A stretch of 64,000 nucleotides of DNA from Raillietiella orientalis (GCA_036172245.1 JAYWIR010000027.1:434001-498000); one strand, 5' to 3'; counted from the stretch's first letter, positions 13,301 to 26,600 are shown. The notes: generated from the sequence alone by a model not told the origin. Program-made: numbers and translations.

Positions 13301-14608
13301 GTGTCAAAAGTTCATAGTTTGGCAAAGACGAAAAAGCTAGGAATGCTAGATGTAGCAAATAAATACATCATGTATGTTACGAGGTTTAATAACCGGAAAC
13401 AATAAGAACATTGCTGCTCTCTCCTAATTCCCGCTTATCAATCCAATCTTGGGAATTCAGGCCATGGGAGGTTCCAGAACATGAAGCAGAAAAATGTCGA
13501 GAGCAGTTCCAGAGAATAGGTATTTGCTGTCCTGCCCGTTGGCAATTGTATGCGAACAGATCGTTAACGATCGACAGGGATTTTCGCCTCTCCAGAACCA
13601 GTATTTACCAGCATTTCTCGAATTTTGCGGACCAGAACCCATATATTTCATCACATCTCTTTTTTCCTCAAAGCCACCAGGCTTCTAGTTTCGGCTGCTT
13701 GTTTTGGTTGGAGATAGATGGCAATCTTGTCGCGCACTGAGTTTCAAGTTTGACCTAAAACCTACGGTAGGAAGCCAAATCCGTGAAGTTCCCCCCCCCC
13801 CACCCCCTTTTTTTTTTTTGATGCTTGATAGTAGGACGGATTGTGATGTGATGCTGGTGTCTCGTGCATTTGCGCCGTCTTAGCGTAAGCATGCGGAAGA
13901 ATCAGAGATCTCCATTTTATTTCGGGTCATGCTGAAATATGTCCTCTGGCAAGAAGACCAGGGAATTTGCTTCGGCAGTCGATCCTGAAAGTTGCGGATT
14001 TTGAGAGGTCCAGTTTCGGACGTTTCGATTCACAGAAAATGAAGCTGAGGCCAGCGTTTCGTCTGAGCGACTCTGCCCCCCTAATCCAAGGTTCAAGTGA
14101 GGGGGATATGAGGTCGGCAGGAGGTTACGAGATGGCTTGCAGGAGTCTGGCGTCCTACTGAGCCCACAGATGGAGTTTCGAAAGAGATTTCTACAATGAG
14201 AGACGCGTTCCGTGCCGTTTCTGGTGGCGGTCTAGACCAGTCCCCCCCTAAATCTCAACAGAAACTTTCCTTTTCGTGACGCATCCTTGCAAGAGTGCGA
14301 AAAGCGGAGGAAGAGAGAAAAACGGCTCTGTGGATGATGTGCTTCTTCGAGCGCCCGCAAAGAGTCCCCAGGTGGCATTCCCAGATCTATCCCATCGTTC
14401 GTTCTTTCCGAAGAGTGGAGGATCCGATGACGGAGGCCGGCTTTAAGTCGGTGTTGAAAGCTCCTCGCTCTCTCTCATAGCGTCGGGGGTTGTTTGAATC
14501 TCTCCCTCCTCTCCGGACAGGAACAGGAAGCTCAGGCAGGCTGCTGTCCCCTTTCGTGACTCGCTATCAAGGTTCGCTTTATTCTTTTGCTTCCTAGCCC
14601 TCTCCAAG

Positions 14609-17600
14609 CTACTTCTCCAGCATGTGGTACTTTACGTACTGCAGGGCTGCCAGGTACCCCATCTGGGGACGCCGGTCCTTTCCCCTTACGAGTTTATCGA
14701 CCTGGAAAGGGAGCCCTCCGGGCTCCCTGCCCGGAAAGCAGAAGGCCCGTCGCCTACCTCCGAGGACAAGACGATGACTCCCAGCCCTTCCGAAATGGCT
14801 TTCTTGCTTTCCAGGATGTAGGAGTCCGAAACTCCCTTGCAGGCATCCTCGATGACCACCATGCGGTAACCCAGTCTCAGGGCGTCCAGGCAGGTTTCGA
14901 CTGCGAAGAGGTCGCGCGCTGCGCGTCCCCGCCAGGTCTTCCCTCGAGAGGACCTTACCGACGCAGATGTCGTAGGCGACCCCACAGAGGAACACGTCCG
15001 TGATCCCCCTCTCTAGAAGCTCCTGGTGAAGGCTCGCGCCGTTCCTCGTCCGCGCTCCGCTGGAGAATCCCGAGTACGCCTCCACCTCGGGTTCCGTCCC
15101 TTTGTAGATGAAGAGGGCGCCGTCCGCGACCTGCAGGGCGAAGAGGAAGGTCTCGGCGTCGGGAGCGGATGCCGCGTTGGCGCGAGCGAGGTCTCAATCG
15201 GCGACCCGCTTTCCCGGTCCTTCCCGGCAAAGCAACGGCTGCGGCTCCCTTTCCGCGGAGGCGGAGGGGGACTGTTTTTTATTTTTTTTTCCCATCTCCC
15301 CGTTCAGGACGCCACAAGATGATCCTCCGAGGACGGGTCAGTCGCGAGCGTTCCTGAAGGTGGGGGTGGGGGGAACTGCCCAGGCGCAGACCTTCCTGCC
15401 AGGGAACAGCACGGCATCCGCACGCGGGAGAGATGCCGCGCTGAGCGCGCTCGATGGAACACTTAACTTCAAGCCGGGGTGGATCTCGGCCCCCCAGGTG
15501 CCTTGGACGCAGTGCTTCGGCCACATTTTCTGCCGCATCGGAGGAGGCCCGGCGAAGGTCACCGTGTCGTAGAGGGAAACGTCCTCGTAGCTGACCTGCA
15601 AAAAAAAGGGGGTGGGGTGGGGTGGGCGGAAGCAGGACCGGGATGGAACTGCGGGAAGGGAGACGCCTTCTTCCCGGAGTCCCCCCCCCTTCGTCTTTGT
15701 CCTCTCTCGAGAGAAGGGAGGGTGGGGGAATGGAGCGATCTCTGGTCCTTCCCTACCACCGATCCCCGCAGACGCCGAGGGGCAGGACCCGACCCTCGAA
15801 GGCGCGATTCCCGTCTCCTCCCCCCTTGCCCGCCTCAGGGCAAGAACCGCCATCTTCGTCTTGTCCGTTCGGCACCTTCTCCCGCGCCGTCGCTCCGGAA
15901 TCTTCGACCGGGAGGGAGGCTCAGGAGAAAATGGGAGTCCCTGCTCGAGGGGAAGGACGCGGATGGCTCCACACGCAATCCTGGCGCTCCGGAGCAGAGG
16001 TGCGCGCACATGCGACCACACCCGGGAGTGGTCCGCCCCGCCTGGGGACTCCCACGCGAAGGACCTGCCCCCGAAAGGAAGGAGGGGGAGGGAGGGGACC
16101 AACAGAGGCGAAGAGCGCCTGCTGCCATCCCAGGGAAGCTCGCCGGGAAAAGGGGGGGCCCGGAGGATGAGGCAAGGAGCCAGGAGGAGCGCGCGTGGCC
16201 ACTCACAGGACCTGCTCTTCGAGACTCTTCTTCCGGACGAGTCTTCAGGGTTCCCAGCGGGACGAGGACGTCGCTGCGGCGCGCCCGCGGAGGGCGAAGT
16301 CGACAGGGCGGGAGGAGGAAGCGTCCCCCCCCCGCCTTCGTTCCCGCTCTCGAAGATCGGCGCTCAGGGGAAAAGACCCCATCCCCGATCAGCTGCGCGA
16401 ACCGCGGATTCCGTCTCGAAACGGCTCGGAGCTGACGTCACCCGAAAGCGGAGCGCTGTGCGCAGTGACGTCATCGCCGAACAGTGGGACTTTGCGAAGA
16501 GCGCGGAACGCGGCGCTCAGGCGAGTGGGTCCACGGCGCGCAGTTCGAGGGCTGCGTGCGCGTAGCACTCCCCTTCCGCGAGTTTAAACTCCGCGGCGTG
16601 AGTTAAAGGATACAAGGGACGAGGGAGTGTCCAGTAAGGGAGGGGGGGAGGCGTCACGGGGCAGCTGCAGGAACCCCGTCCGTGCTGTTGTGGGCGCGTG
16701 GAGGTTTTCCCTCCCTCCCTCCCTCCTTGATACACTATCCTGGAAGTACCCCGGAAGGTCGACTCCCAATCCCGGCCCCACTCTTCGGGGGCATCCTGTT
16801 TTTGCCAGCTTCCCCCAGTGCCGCCCCCGATCATGAGTCTCCCGAGAGTCATCTTACGGGGGGAATCCGAACCCGCGACGCACCCCCGTTTCTCTGGCGG
16901 CGGCGTCGATCCTTCCCCCCGGGCGGGATTCGAACTCGCGACTACCGCTGCCGCGCGCGGAAAGATCGCAGTCCGGCCTCCATCCTTCCTTTCGGACCTT
17001 CCTCGCCCCTTCCGGCATGCGCCGGAAAAGGTCAAAGCGCGTGACTCTTCCACGTTCCTTCTCTCTCGGCGAAGAAGGGGGGAGAGGGGGAAGCGACGTG
17101 TGGTCAGAGGACTCTCCAGGCGGCGGAGAGAGACCGAAGGACGACGAATCGGACCAACCAGAGACCAACCAGCCCGCAGCATCCGCAGCCCAGCCCCCTT
17201 CTCCCCCCTCTGGGGAGCAACGTCCGGAACAACGGCTTTTAAAGGAGGAAGGGAGGAGTCGCCCCAAAAAGGGCGAGTCGCGGGTTCCAAGACTCGAGGT
17301 CGTTCGCGAGATCACTCCGGATCGTCCAAAGTGACCTCCGGCAGCTCACGTCGCGACGCCCCTCCGGGTCGCCGCCGTTGCCGCTGTCCATCCCAGCCCG
17401 TGGCCAAGGAGGGTCTGCTTGAGCCGCAGCCCACGCTCCGCACTCCGGGATCTCGTGGGGGGATGGGAGGCGGTTCCGGAATGCCACGCGTTCCTCGGCA
17501 ATCTCCCGCCTGACGTCTGGCACTCCTCGCCCGGGGGGGGGGTTCAAGGTGCCAGTAGGATAGTGGCTCGAAGGGACTTCCCGGGACAATAGGGGGGGCA

Positions 17601-20600
17601 CTTGCAGCCGCCGACGGAGCGGTGCGGTGGTTGCTGAAGTCAGTCAAGATTGCCAAGTCTGATCAATGGATGGGAAGTTCACGCGTGCTCAGGACGTGGG
17701 CAGAAGGTGAGAGCAGGAAGGGGCCTTTCGGCTTCCCTGGGGAAGTCCAGATTTCCCCGATGCGATCTTGGGGAGTCTGGTCTCGAAGGAAGAGGAGGGA
17801 AGGGGGAAGATGCCCCGGAGAAGTGAAGGAATCACGTGGGAGCACGCGCGCGCGAGCTGCCGTAGCGCCAGCTGAAGTGGCCCGCGCAAAACCTGCGTCA
17901 CGACGGGACTCAGGTTCGCGCGTAGGCCGGCCGGCAGGGGAAGCACCTTCCTTCGCTCGTCGGGAGCGAGGAGGTTCTTCTCCCCTTCCCCTCCCCGCGC
18001 TCCCGTCATCCCGAACTCCCCGGGACGAGTCAAGGAGCACGGGAAGAAGTTCGGATCCTGGAACGGGATCCCCACGGGAGGCGCCGCAGGATGGGTTCGT
18101 TCCCCTCCGCCCTCCACCCCACCTTCGCACGCATGCGTCCTGAGGCGGGTGGGTGATCAGGACTCCAGAGGGAGTCGACGGCAAGGAGCGTGCGCAGGAA
18201 GGGAAAGGGGGGGAGGGGGGAGTGTGGGTGTCGCGGGTAGGGCGGCACATTTACGTTCTCCGCGGGATCCAGTTCTCTCAACCGGAGGTTTTCCAGGAAA
18301 GAGATGTGATTTTCGGGATGGTAATCCATGGTGTAGACCAGCTTCGCGAAATCATTGCTTTCGATGACGTCATTGATAACGGGGATGATCTGGAAAGCAC
18401 AGGTTTTTGAGGCGGCTAAGACGCGAAAGGCTTGGGGAGGCAACACGCGCGCGCGGCCCCTTCCGCTGCGGAGGGTCAGAAACACGGAAAGCTTTCCCGA
18501 CGTGTTTCGCGCGTCCCTCACCGCCCCCCCGCTACCCCTACTCTTTTTTTTTGCTCTTTGGTGTTCAGTTTCAATCTGCACTTTCCCTCCCACGTGAGGG
18601 TCTCCTTCAAAATCCGGAACAATCATATATATATATAACAACCATATGTGTGTTTATTTCTTAAACATACACATAGACATATACACTATATATATATATA
18701 TATTTGCACATTTATGTTTATATATATATATATATAATCTATAAATATTGATGCATGTCATAAGCATACACATTTATTTTTAATACTCTTTAATATACAT
18801 TAGCAATATAATCAACAACTTATTAATTATATCACCTTATTAATAATACTTAATTGCTGTTCATACTAATATATTACTAATTGCATCATTTTATTAATAT
18901 AAAATGTATGCGAATAAATCTTATATGTTCTCCAGTAATATTACTATTAATAATATTAAACATGAATAACTATGGCTGTCTAAATAAATTTGGTCGTTAA
19001 TCTATGTAGAATAAGCATTTCAATTCATTTTTATAATCTTCATGATTTAATTAATTTTAATTAATCTGTGTATTAATTTAATATATATTAATCTGTGTAT
19101 GAATATATATAAGCACATATCTTTATTTTTATCAGCTTCATGATATACATTAATCCATCTTAATATAAATATATATGTGAACATCTTTACATAAATATAT
19201 ATATATACATGTGAATATGTATAATAATGTATTTATTTTTTTAATCTTTAATACATATATCAATAATAGAATCAACAAATTATGAATTTTGTTAATAAAA
19301 TGTACACCACAGAATCTTAATAAATATATTTATTCATATTGAATAAGTTTGTATGCTAACCTATGTGGAACAAGCGTGTGCGTTTGTTCCCCACGATCTT
19401 CGGGGATTTCGGAGTTTCGAGCGCCACCGCAAGAGGCGCTTCATGCATTGTTTTCCTCAGGAACAAAAGGCGTGCCAGAACTCTCTCGCGTGCCCAACGC
19501 ATGCGGCGAAGAACACCCGAATAAAGCACGTGCGAAGTCCGTTCGTCCGCCATCGTCGCCCTCGCTCGAACCACCACCACCGCCTTCGGGTGGCCCACTT
19601 TGCCGGGTGAGAGGGTTCGCACCGCAAGCCGCGTGGCTACGGCCGCCACGCCCGGCACGGAGCTCCGCGGGCTCGAATACACCCGCAAGGAATCGACGTC
19701 GAGAAGGGACGCGTCGTGGGTCTCGGGCCGCCCTGCGCGAGTCGTTGGTCGGCTGGTGGGCTTCGGTTGCGGCACTGGTACGGCGCTTGTGCGCGGTGAA
19801 GACCGGGCGCCCCGTTGGCTAGCTGGAGGTAAGAGTGGAGACAGGCCTCCGGCGGTGCTTCCAGGAGTCGCCCTAGTCGAGGCACCTTTCCGTACACCAA
19901 GACCATGCAAGCGTGCACACACCATTTGGGGCACCGTCGGTAACTCCACGTGCGTTGCCCGGCAAGATGTGCGAGCAGGTCCTGTGGAGACGCCCGGAAA
20001 TCATCCAATAACGACCACACGCAAGAGTTCCCGTTCGAAATCTCCCCTCCGTATTCCCTCCTCCGACGCACGTATGCACGCTCTCCGGATTATCACAAAG
20101 AAGTCCAGGAATTCGTCCGACCACCACAGGCTTACGCGAGCCACGAAGGAACCCCATCGGCCCAAATGGTCCTAAACTCAGCGCTCTCCGTATGCAGGAA
20201 ACAGAAAGCCTCGAGAAATTGGGCACTCCTGCATTGTCTATACGTGTACATTCGCGAACAGATATGTGTACGCGTTCGAAAGTTTACACACGGACACACA
20301 CATAGACATATACATGTAAACACACAGGATACACGCGCGCACACATAAAATGCGCACGTGTATAGTACATGTACACTACATTTATGCGCATATGTAGTAT
20401 GTACATACATTTGTACACGCACGCGCACATGTGAACTTTACAATTCCAACTTCTTGCTGGGTTCTCTCAGCGCAACTATGTCGAATATGTGTTAACCTGT
20501 AAGTGCAATTTACATATGTCTTTTCCGCGCTATCAGGAAGAAAGTGAATACTCTTTTGCTTATTTTTTCTCCGAGGGATCACTCCGGTTCTCTGATTCAA

Positions 20601-23600
20601 TGTGGCCGCTGCGGTTGCCGACAAGGAGAAGCGTTTTGTTAGCCGCAAAGGAACCGGAAGCTCTCCCGGCCCCTCCGACAAAGCCTTCGTTTTGCCCGGG
20701 TCCACTTTCGGATGCGGCGACGCTGAAGCTGCAAGACAGCCTCCTTTACTTTGGCTGACGGTGGGACCCCGGAATGGCTGTGATGGCAGTTTCGGTTGAG
20801 CTAACGCAAAGGTCCCCAGGATCTCGCAGGCGGTATTTTCTCCGCACATTCAGTCAGCGCCCTCGCACGACCGATGTCGTCGGCTGTGGGTTGACTTTTT
20901 TCCTTCCCTCTGGCTCTTACAACGCTGAGTAGCAAAAGAACGATGACAGCCGCCTTTGAGAAGGGTTTGGAAGTCGTGGTTTCGTGGATGGGAAGCAGCT
21001 GCGATCGAGAGGCCTGCTGAAGCCGCGGGAAAGCGCTGCCAACCGATTTCAAAGATTGATCAGAAAGTTGCTGCCCATGCGCAACCGACTTGGGTACGCA
21101 CGCGGGAACGCAGCTTCCCTCGTATTTGGAGCTAGCGGATGCGAAAGGATACGAAAAATCGGTGCTTCTTTCCACCAAAAGCGTTTCCTCCTCGGCCATA
21201 TCACCTGGGAACGGAAAGAGCAACCAGATGTGATTTTGGCTCCGGGTATCTCTCTTGCAGGAGTCAGCCTCACGCCTGAAACTCCTATTTGAAGAATTAT
21301 CAGGAGAGCAATCAGCTCTTGGGAACGAAGCTTATCATCTAAAGCTTCGGCGAATGTTTACAGTTTCGACCAACTGCTGCGCCTTCCATCTGCCAATTCC
21401 GACAGACGTACGAGAAAGACGCCATCTTTCGATCCGCGAATGCAAAATCGAGTTTCCTCATCCGTGCCGCACTTGTCGCAAGAACTGCTGGACCGCCTCC
21501 CATCCCGACGGAAGGCTGCTAAGGATTTGCAATCAGGGACTCTGACGGGTTCGGAGGAATTCGTGGCTGAAGCCACGCTGCACGGGCATCTCGTGGACCA
21601 AAAGTGGACGGCAAACGCAACAGCGGCAATGAAACCTCGACGCAGTCGTCTCAGCGGCGAGCTCCTGGGAACAGCCGTGCAGACGGAAAGAACACGCAGG
21701 AAGCCGACTGCGAGGGTCACGGCATCTTAGAACGGGTCACGGGGCGGAAGATCGCGGGAAGGAACTTCGTCCAAAGGCTGGATTCACGGAGGGAAAACGA
21801 GGGGCTGTCTGGCCCCGCAGGTCTCACACCGAGCGGGCTGCCCCCCGTTCCGGCCCTTTACTTCCCGAGCCCCCGTCGCACGAAGGCGAACCCCGGGGTG
21901 TCTCGGACGGAAGCAATTTGCGAAGGAAGTGCGTTCGAAGGATGCTGACGCACAACTGCGTGCAAAGAAAGCCGTGGCAACAAATCCAAACAGCTGACTC
22001 GACTGCTCGCAGGAACGCTTCTGCAACCATCTCCCCCTTCCTCAATTAACAGCCGCACCACGATGCAAATGATATCCTATCAACCGCTTGTAATTCAAAC
22101 ATTTATTTTAGGAAATAATGCTATTATCACGCACAGCTTGCATTGATCGAAAAATCGACCAAGCGAGTTTCAGCAGGAAACAGAGACGGGCAGGGAAGGA
22201 GACGTAAAGGGAAAAGCCGTCCGAGTTCTTCTTCATTCTTGGACGAAACCAAAAGTAAAGGACCGGGGGCAGATGCATTTGCTTAAGTAACCATGAAATC
22301 GCATTTTATGTTTCCGATTGCCTTGGAAATTCGACCCTGCTCTGTTTCAGGTCTGATGGGGAGGGGGAGGGGGGGCTGAGGAGACGTGCCAGCTGTGGTC
22401 AGGAGGTGAACGCCGGATACCTATGGGTCATCCGAGAACGCCTGCTGTGGGAAACGAAAGATGCGCCCCTTTGCAAACGTGGCATAATTCACGCCTTTTC
22501 TGAAGCTACCGTTCTTGCACTGCTTGCAAAAGACAATTGGTCCATGACTCTCCTCCAAGATGATTGATGAGAAGTTAACCATAAACACATGTTTTTATTT
22601 TCATGTATTTTGGGCATTTTTCTTTTTTTCGCTGACACGTGAGTGTTGAGGCCCTCTTAATCTTAGCATCTCGAGCGTTAGTATTCAGTCGTAGAAACCC
22701 TTTGATGCTGAAGATGTGCAAATCTATTCATGGTAACTTCGAAAATGGTTGCTGGCTTCCATCTTTCAAGAGAAGGATCACGTGCTTCTCTGGAATAATT
22801 CCAGAGAAGGACCAGTGATTCATTTTCTTAATTCCTTTCCATCAAGCATTCGTATAGAGACTGACGGTGATCTGTCCCTAATCTGGGATCGTGATTTCGG
22901 TAGCACCGACTCTAAATCCAAACCCTTGGGCACAGGCCGTGCTGAAATTCCGCATCCACTGCCATCCTATCTTTTCGGAATCTGGAGTCTAACAGATCAT
23001 GGTGATGTGACTATCAGAAACACATGAAGCAGCTCGACTGGTGAACGTTCCGACTGAACGTCAGATCACGTCTCACTGAGAATACAAACTCCAGCAAGCT
23101 CTTTGGTTAGAGAGTCTTCCTGTTTCAGATGAGATTCCAAGGCATCAACTCTCATTTCTTTTTGTGCAGCTCAACTGGACTCTCCAGCTTGCAGAAAACA
23201 AACACTCGCATATGTCGGCGGCTCGTGTGCACTTGAACACTATTTCGCACAAAATATTGAACAACGGTCACATTTTGAAAAAACCGATGACGCACTGAAC
23301 AAACTGATTTCAGCAACAACATGCTTCCCTACGTTAGAGATTCGCTTGAGATTTTTTGCTCTTCTTAGAAAAAGAAACTTTCGATTTTCACGGTTCATGC
23401 AGGTACTGTGGAACAAGGTTTCCATGAAAGGACGCTGCTGCACCTCCAGCATTACATCCAAAGCTTCAGATATTCCTACAGTTATTGGGCACGCAGTCAA
23501 AGAAATGCTGCGTGCCGTTTACTCCAGAGCGCTTAATTTTACGGTTGTTGGAGACATCTTTGTGGACGCCAAAGTCTTGATAATATTCGATCGTTCTTCC

Positions 23601-26600
23601 CCCTCTATCTCCCACGTATCCCATGTCATTTCCCTCATTTAACTCGTTCACTTGATGTCTATTACCAACATCTACGATTTAGCTCTGTTGCATTAGGGGA
23701 CGATCCGAAAGCTGGACCTCTTCGAATAGTTAAATTTCCAAGGAGACGGCTTGCCAAAACGTACACCTCGGCTATCGCTACTTCTATCAGAGATCGCAAT
23801 GCAGGTGTTCTCTTCTTTTAACCCTTTGAGTGCCATGGACGCGTCTATGGGTTTGGCAAGTGCTTTCACATTGTACACGCGGCACAAATTAGCACTATCC
23901 GTGTTTGAGGTGGACGACGCATCCACTCACGTTCTTACAGTTCCCTTGGCAACGACAGTAAACGAAATTCTATTTTTATATCGGCCAACGATTTCTCTCG
24001 GTGTGGCATGTAATTTGTTATGCCGTTTTTCATCTTTGCGATATCTAGAAAAATGTGAACGAATTTCTTCAAATCATAATCATAACTTTTAAATAAATAA
24101 TATGTGTTTGGAAAAAAATGGAAATATTTCATTTAATGAGGTGTACATAAACAATTACAATGAATGAGCACTTTATGCAGTGAGTCGGTACTTCGATGGA
24201 GCACGCGGTGCGCGAAAAAGCGTTCCGTCCTTCTGTGACTCAACACGGAACGTTTCAATCTGATAAGCTCCGCACCCAAAGGGTTAATACACACAAGAGT
24301 TATTGAAGAAACCATCTTTCAGAAAGGACCAAGTCTTACTTCTAAACCTTAGAGTGCCACGAAACATTCTTTAGTTCCCCGTACGGGAGAGAGGATTCAG
24401 TCACGCCCATTGGGGTGCAAACTTTCTAATCCAAAGACCTGTTCAAGTTGCGTCGCGTCAGCGTTACCAACTTCCTGTTGTGAATCCTCCGAACTGCCAC
24501 TAGCAGACAGAGAGACCATTCCGTCCTAATCGTTTAAGCTGCGGTCTCCGGGACGAAGTACGCTTTCGCAGATCGACTCTCAAGAAACCGCAGGGTTTCC
24601 AGAACGTCCCGAAACGGATGCCTATGTATCGATGATTGTGCCTCCAGAAAATTCTAATTAATTCAGGAAGAAAAAATTCTGGATTCTGGAAACAGAGAAA
24701 TCCAACAGCTCTGGAGACGTTCTCTGCAACGGTTCCAATTCAGTTTGGAGAGCTTCCGAATTTTCACTCGTCGTTGCGCCGCATCAAGAATCGAATTTAT
24801 TGATAAGGGTCGTTGCAAAACAGGAGTGACCGGGGCCATCTCGTGCTCTCTATGAATGTTTCGCCGCTGGCGAAGGGCTTGTCCGCGAGAGGGGCTTCAA
24901 GAGCGAGCGTATTCCTTGTGGATGCAAGGACTTTTGCCTGGCGAGTTCGAACCCGCAGCCTTTCGGTCAGTTCCACGCTAAGCCCTGTTTGCTAGAGGTC
25001 TGACAGTTAGACGGTTCTAAAGGTGGCGGATCTTCTAGCAGCTCGACTGTGTAGGTGTGCGTTCGGTCTTTTTTTTTTTTTTTTAAATCCTTCCTCATTC
25101 TCTCCGGAGGGACACCCTCTGGAAAGGGGTGGTCCTCTCCATTTCAACTTCTCCGAAGGGAACCCGGAAAGGATCCGCTAGCAGGAATTTCTTCTCCGGA
25201 GGGAACCCTCAAGGGAACCGCTCCTCTTCACTCCTCTGAAGAGAACCCCGAAGGGACGCTTCCGAAACTCAGAAGGGACGCTGTAGCCTCCCGCAGGGGA
25301 ATCGCTCTCGCTTGCTTCCTTGCACTCTGTGAAGAGGCGACGACTCGGAGGGTCCCCCCCGCAACGGGGAGGGTCCGCTCCTTTGAACAACTGGAGAGGT
25401 GCCCGTGAGGGCTCCTGCTCCATCTTGAAACCGGAGGGGTCCCCCGGTGAGGGAGATCCGCTCTCCGTTGCACGACCGGAGAGGGAACTCCCCACTCCTT
25501 GATTCCTGGAAGGACCCGAAGGTTGACTCCGGCCCCCATCGGTGGCCTCCGGCTTAAACCACTACCGGTGCCACGCCCGAATGTCTCGGCCAACCAGCGC
25601 CATTGCAGGAGAAACTCGGAACCCAACGATGCAATGGCGTCAGTTTCTGCCGGAGTATTCGAACCCGCGACGCACGGTGCCACACGCGGAAGCCTTAACC
25701 ACAAGGCCTCCGACTGCGTTCGGTCTTTCGGAAAGCGTCCCAGCTAGTGCATCCATATGTCCTGGATCTGTTGATAACCTAACCCAACAACGAAAGCGAC
25801 CGGAGGGGAGGGCAGCATGCATCACGTCGCTACTATGTGCCGCCTGACCTTTTCATCGTATGGTTAAGATTGATTTAGGAGAGGTGCCTAACCGAACCTT
25901 CCACAACATCACTAGATCATTACTCAGAGAATTGCAAAATCCTTGGGTCACAAGGAAATTATCCTGGCAGGTCACCACAAAAACGATTACCGACTTCCCT
26001 CGATTTCTCTCTTTATTTTGTTTTTTGTTTTTTGTTTTTTTTTTCTACTGAAAAAGAACGTGAGATTCCCTTTCCGTTCGCATAATAGAAGCGAGCAAAA
26101 CGAATGCACCTTGAGAAACCTGCAGACGAAGACAAGAACTCGAATGTCGTTTCAGTTACCTGTTCGGCGTCCTGTCCCGCGGGGCAATCTTTCAGAGCCA
26201 GACTCCCTGTCACAAAGTCATTCTGCACATCTACGATGATTAGGGCACACTTTGGATGGCATATCTACCGAATCGCGATGTTTACAGGGAGGAAAAACAG
26301 ATCCGCGGAGCTTACTGTTTGGATCCAAAATGTCCAACAATCCTGAAACTCTGCGCGGCAGATGAAACCATCCTAAAAAGGACCAATTAGAAATTCACAA
26401 AGAAAAACGATACGTGGCTTCCGAGGAAAAAGATAAAAATCGTGCAGATAATTACTCTGTTCCTATCGAAAATGGAAAAGATCTCTGCAAGCTGAACAGG
26501 GTCTAGTTTATACGGCTGCTGTGCACAGTCGCGGAATAGGGCGCTGCATAAATTTGCAAATTCGAGTGGAGACAGTGCGTCGTCCCTATAAAGAAAATTC

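Noticed and set aside
13966..13985. TTGCTTCGGCAG resembling the U6 snRNA 5' stem
   Set aside because: No downstream similarity and no ACAGAGA box.
15279..18250. Many overlapping 150-320 aa ORFs on both strands
   Set aside because: Low-complexity R/P/G/S translations expected in GC-rich DNA. They lie in Naam introns, and only the embedded exon 15467-15595 is recognisable.
25236..25290. Hammerhead-like CTGAAGA...CGAAAC core
   Set aside because: Stems I and III and the NUH site cannot be formed, it is antisense to the SINE, and the 33 kb and 36 kb copies have CTGAAGC.
25640..25714. tRNA gene
   Set aside because: A and B boxes are present but no cloverleaf or oligo-T terminator. It is the SINE head.
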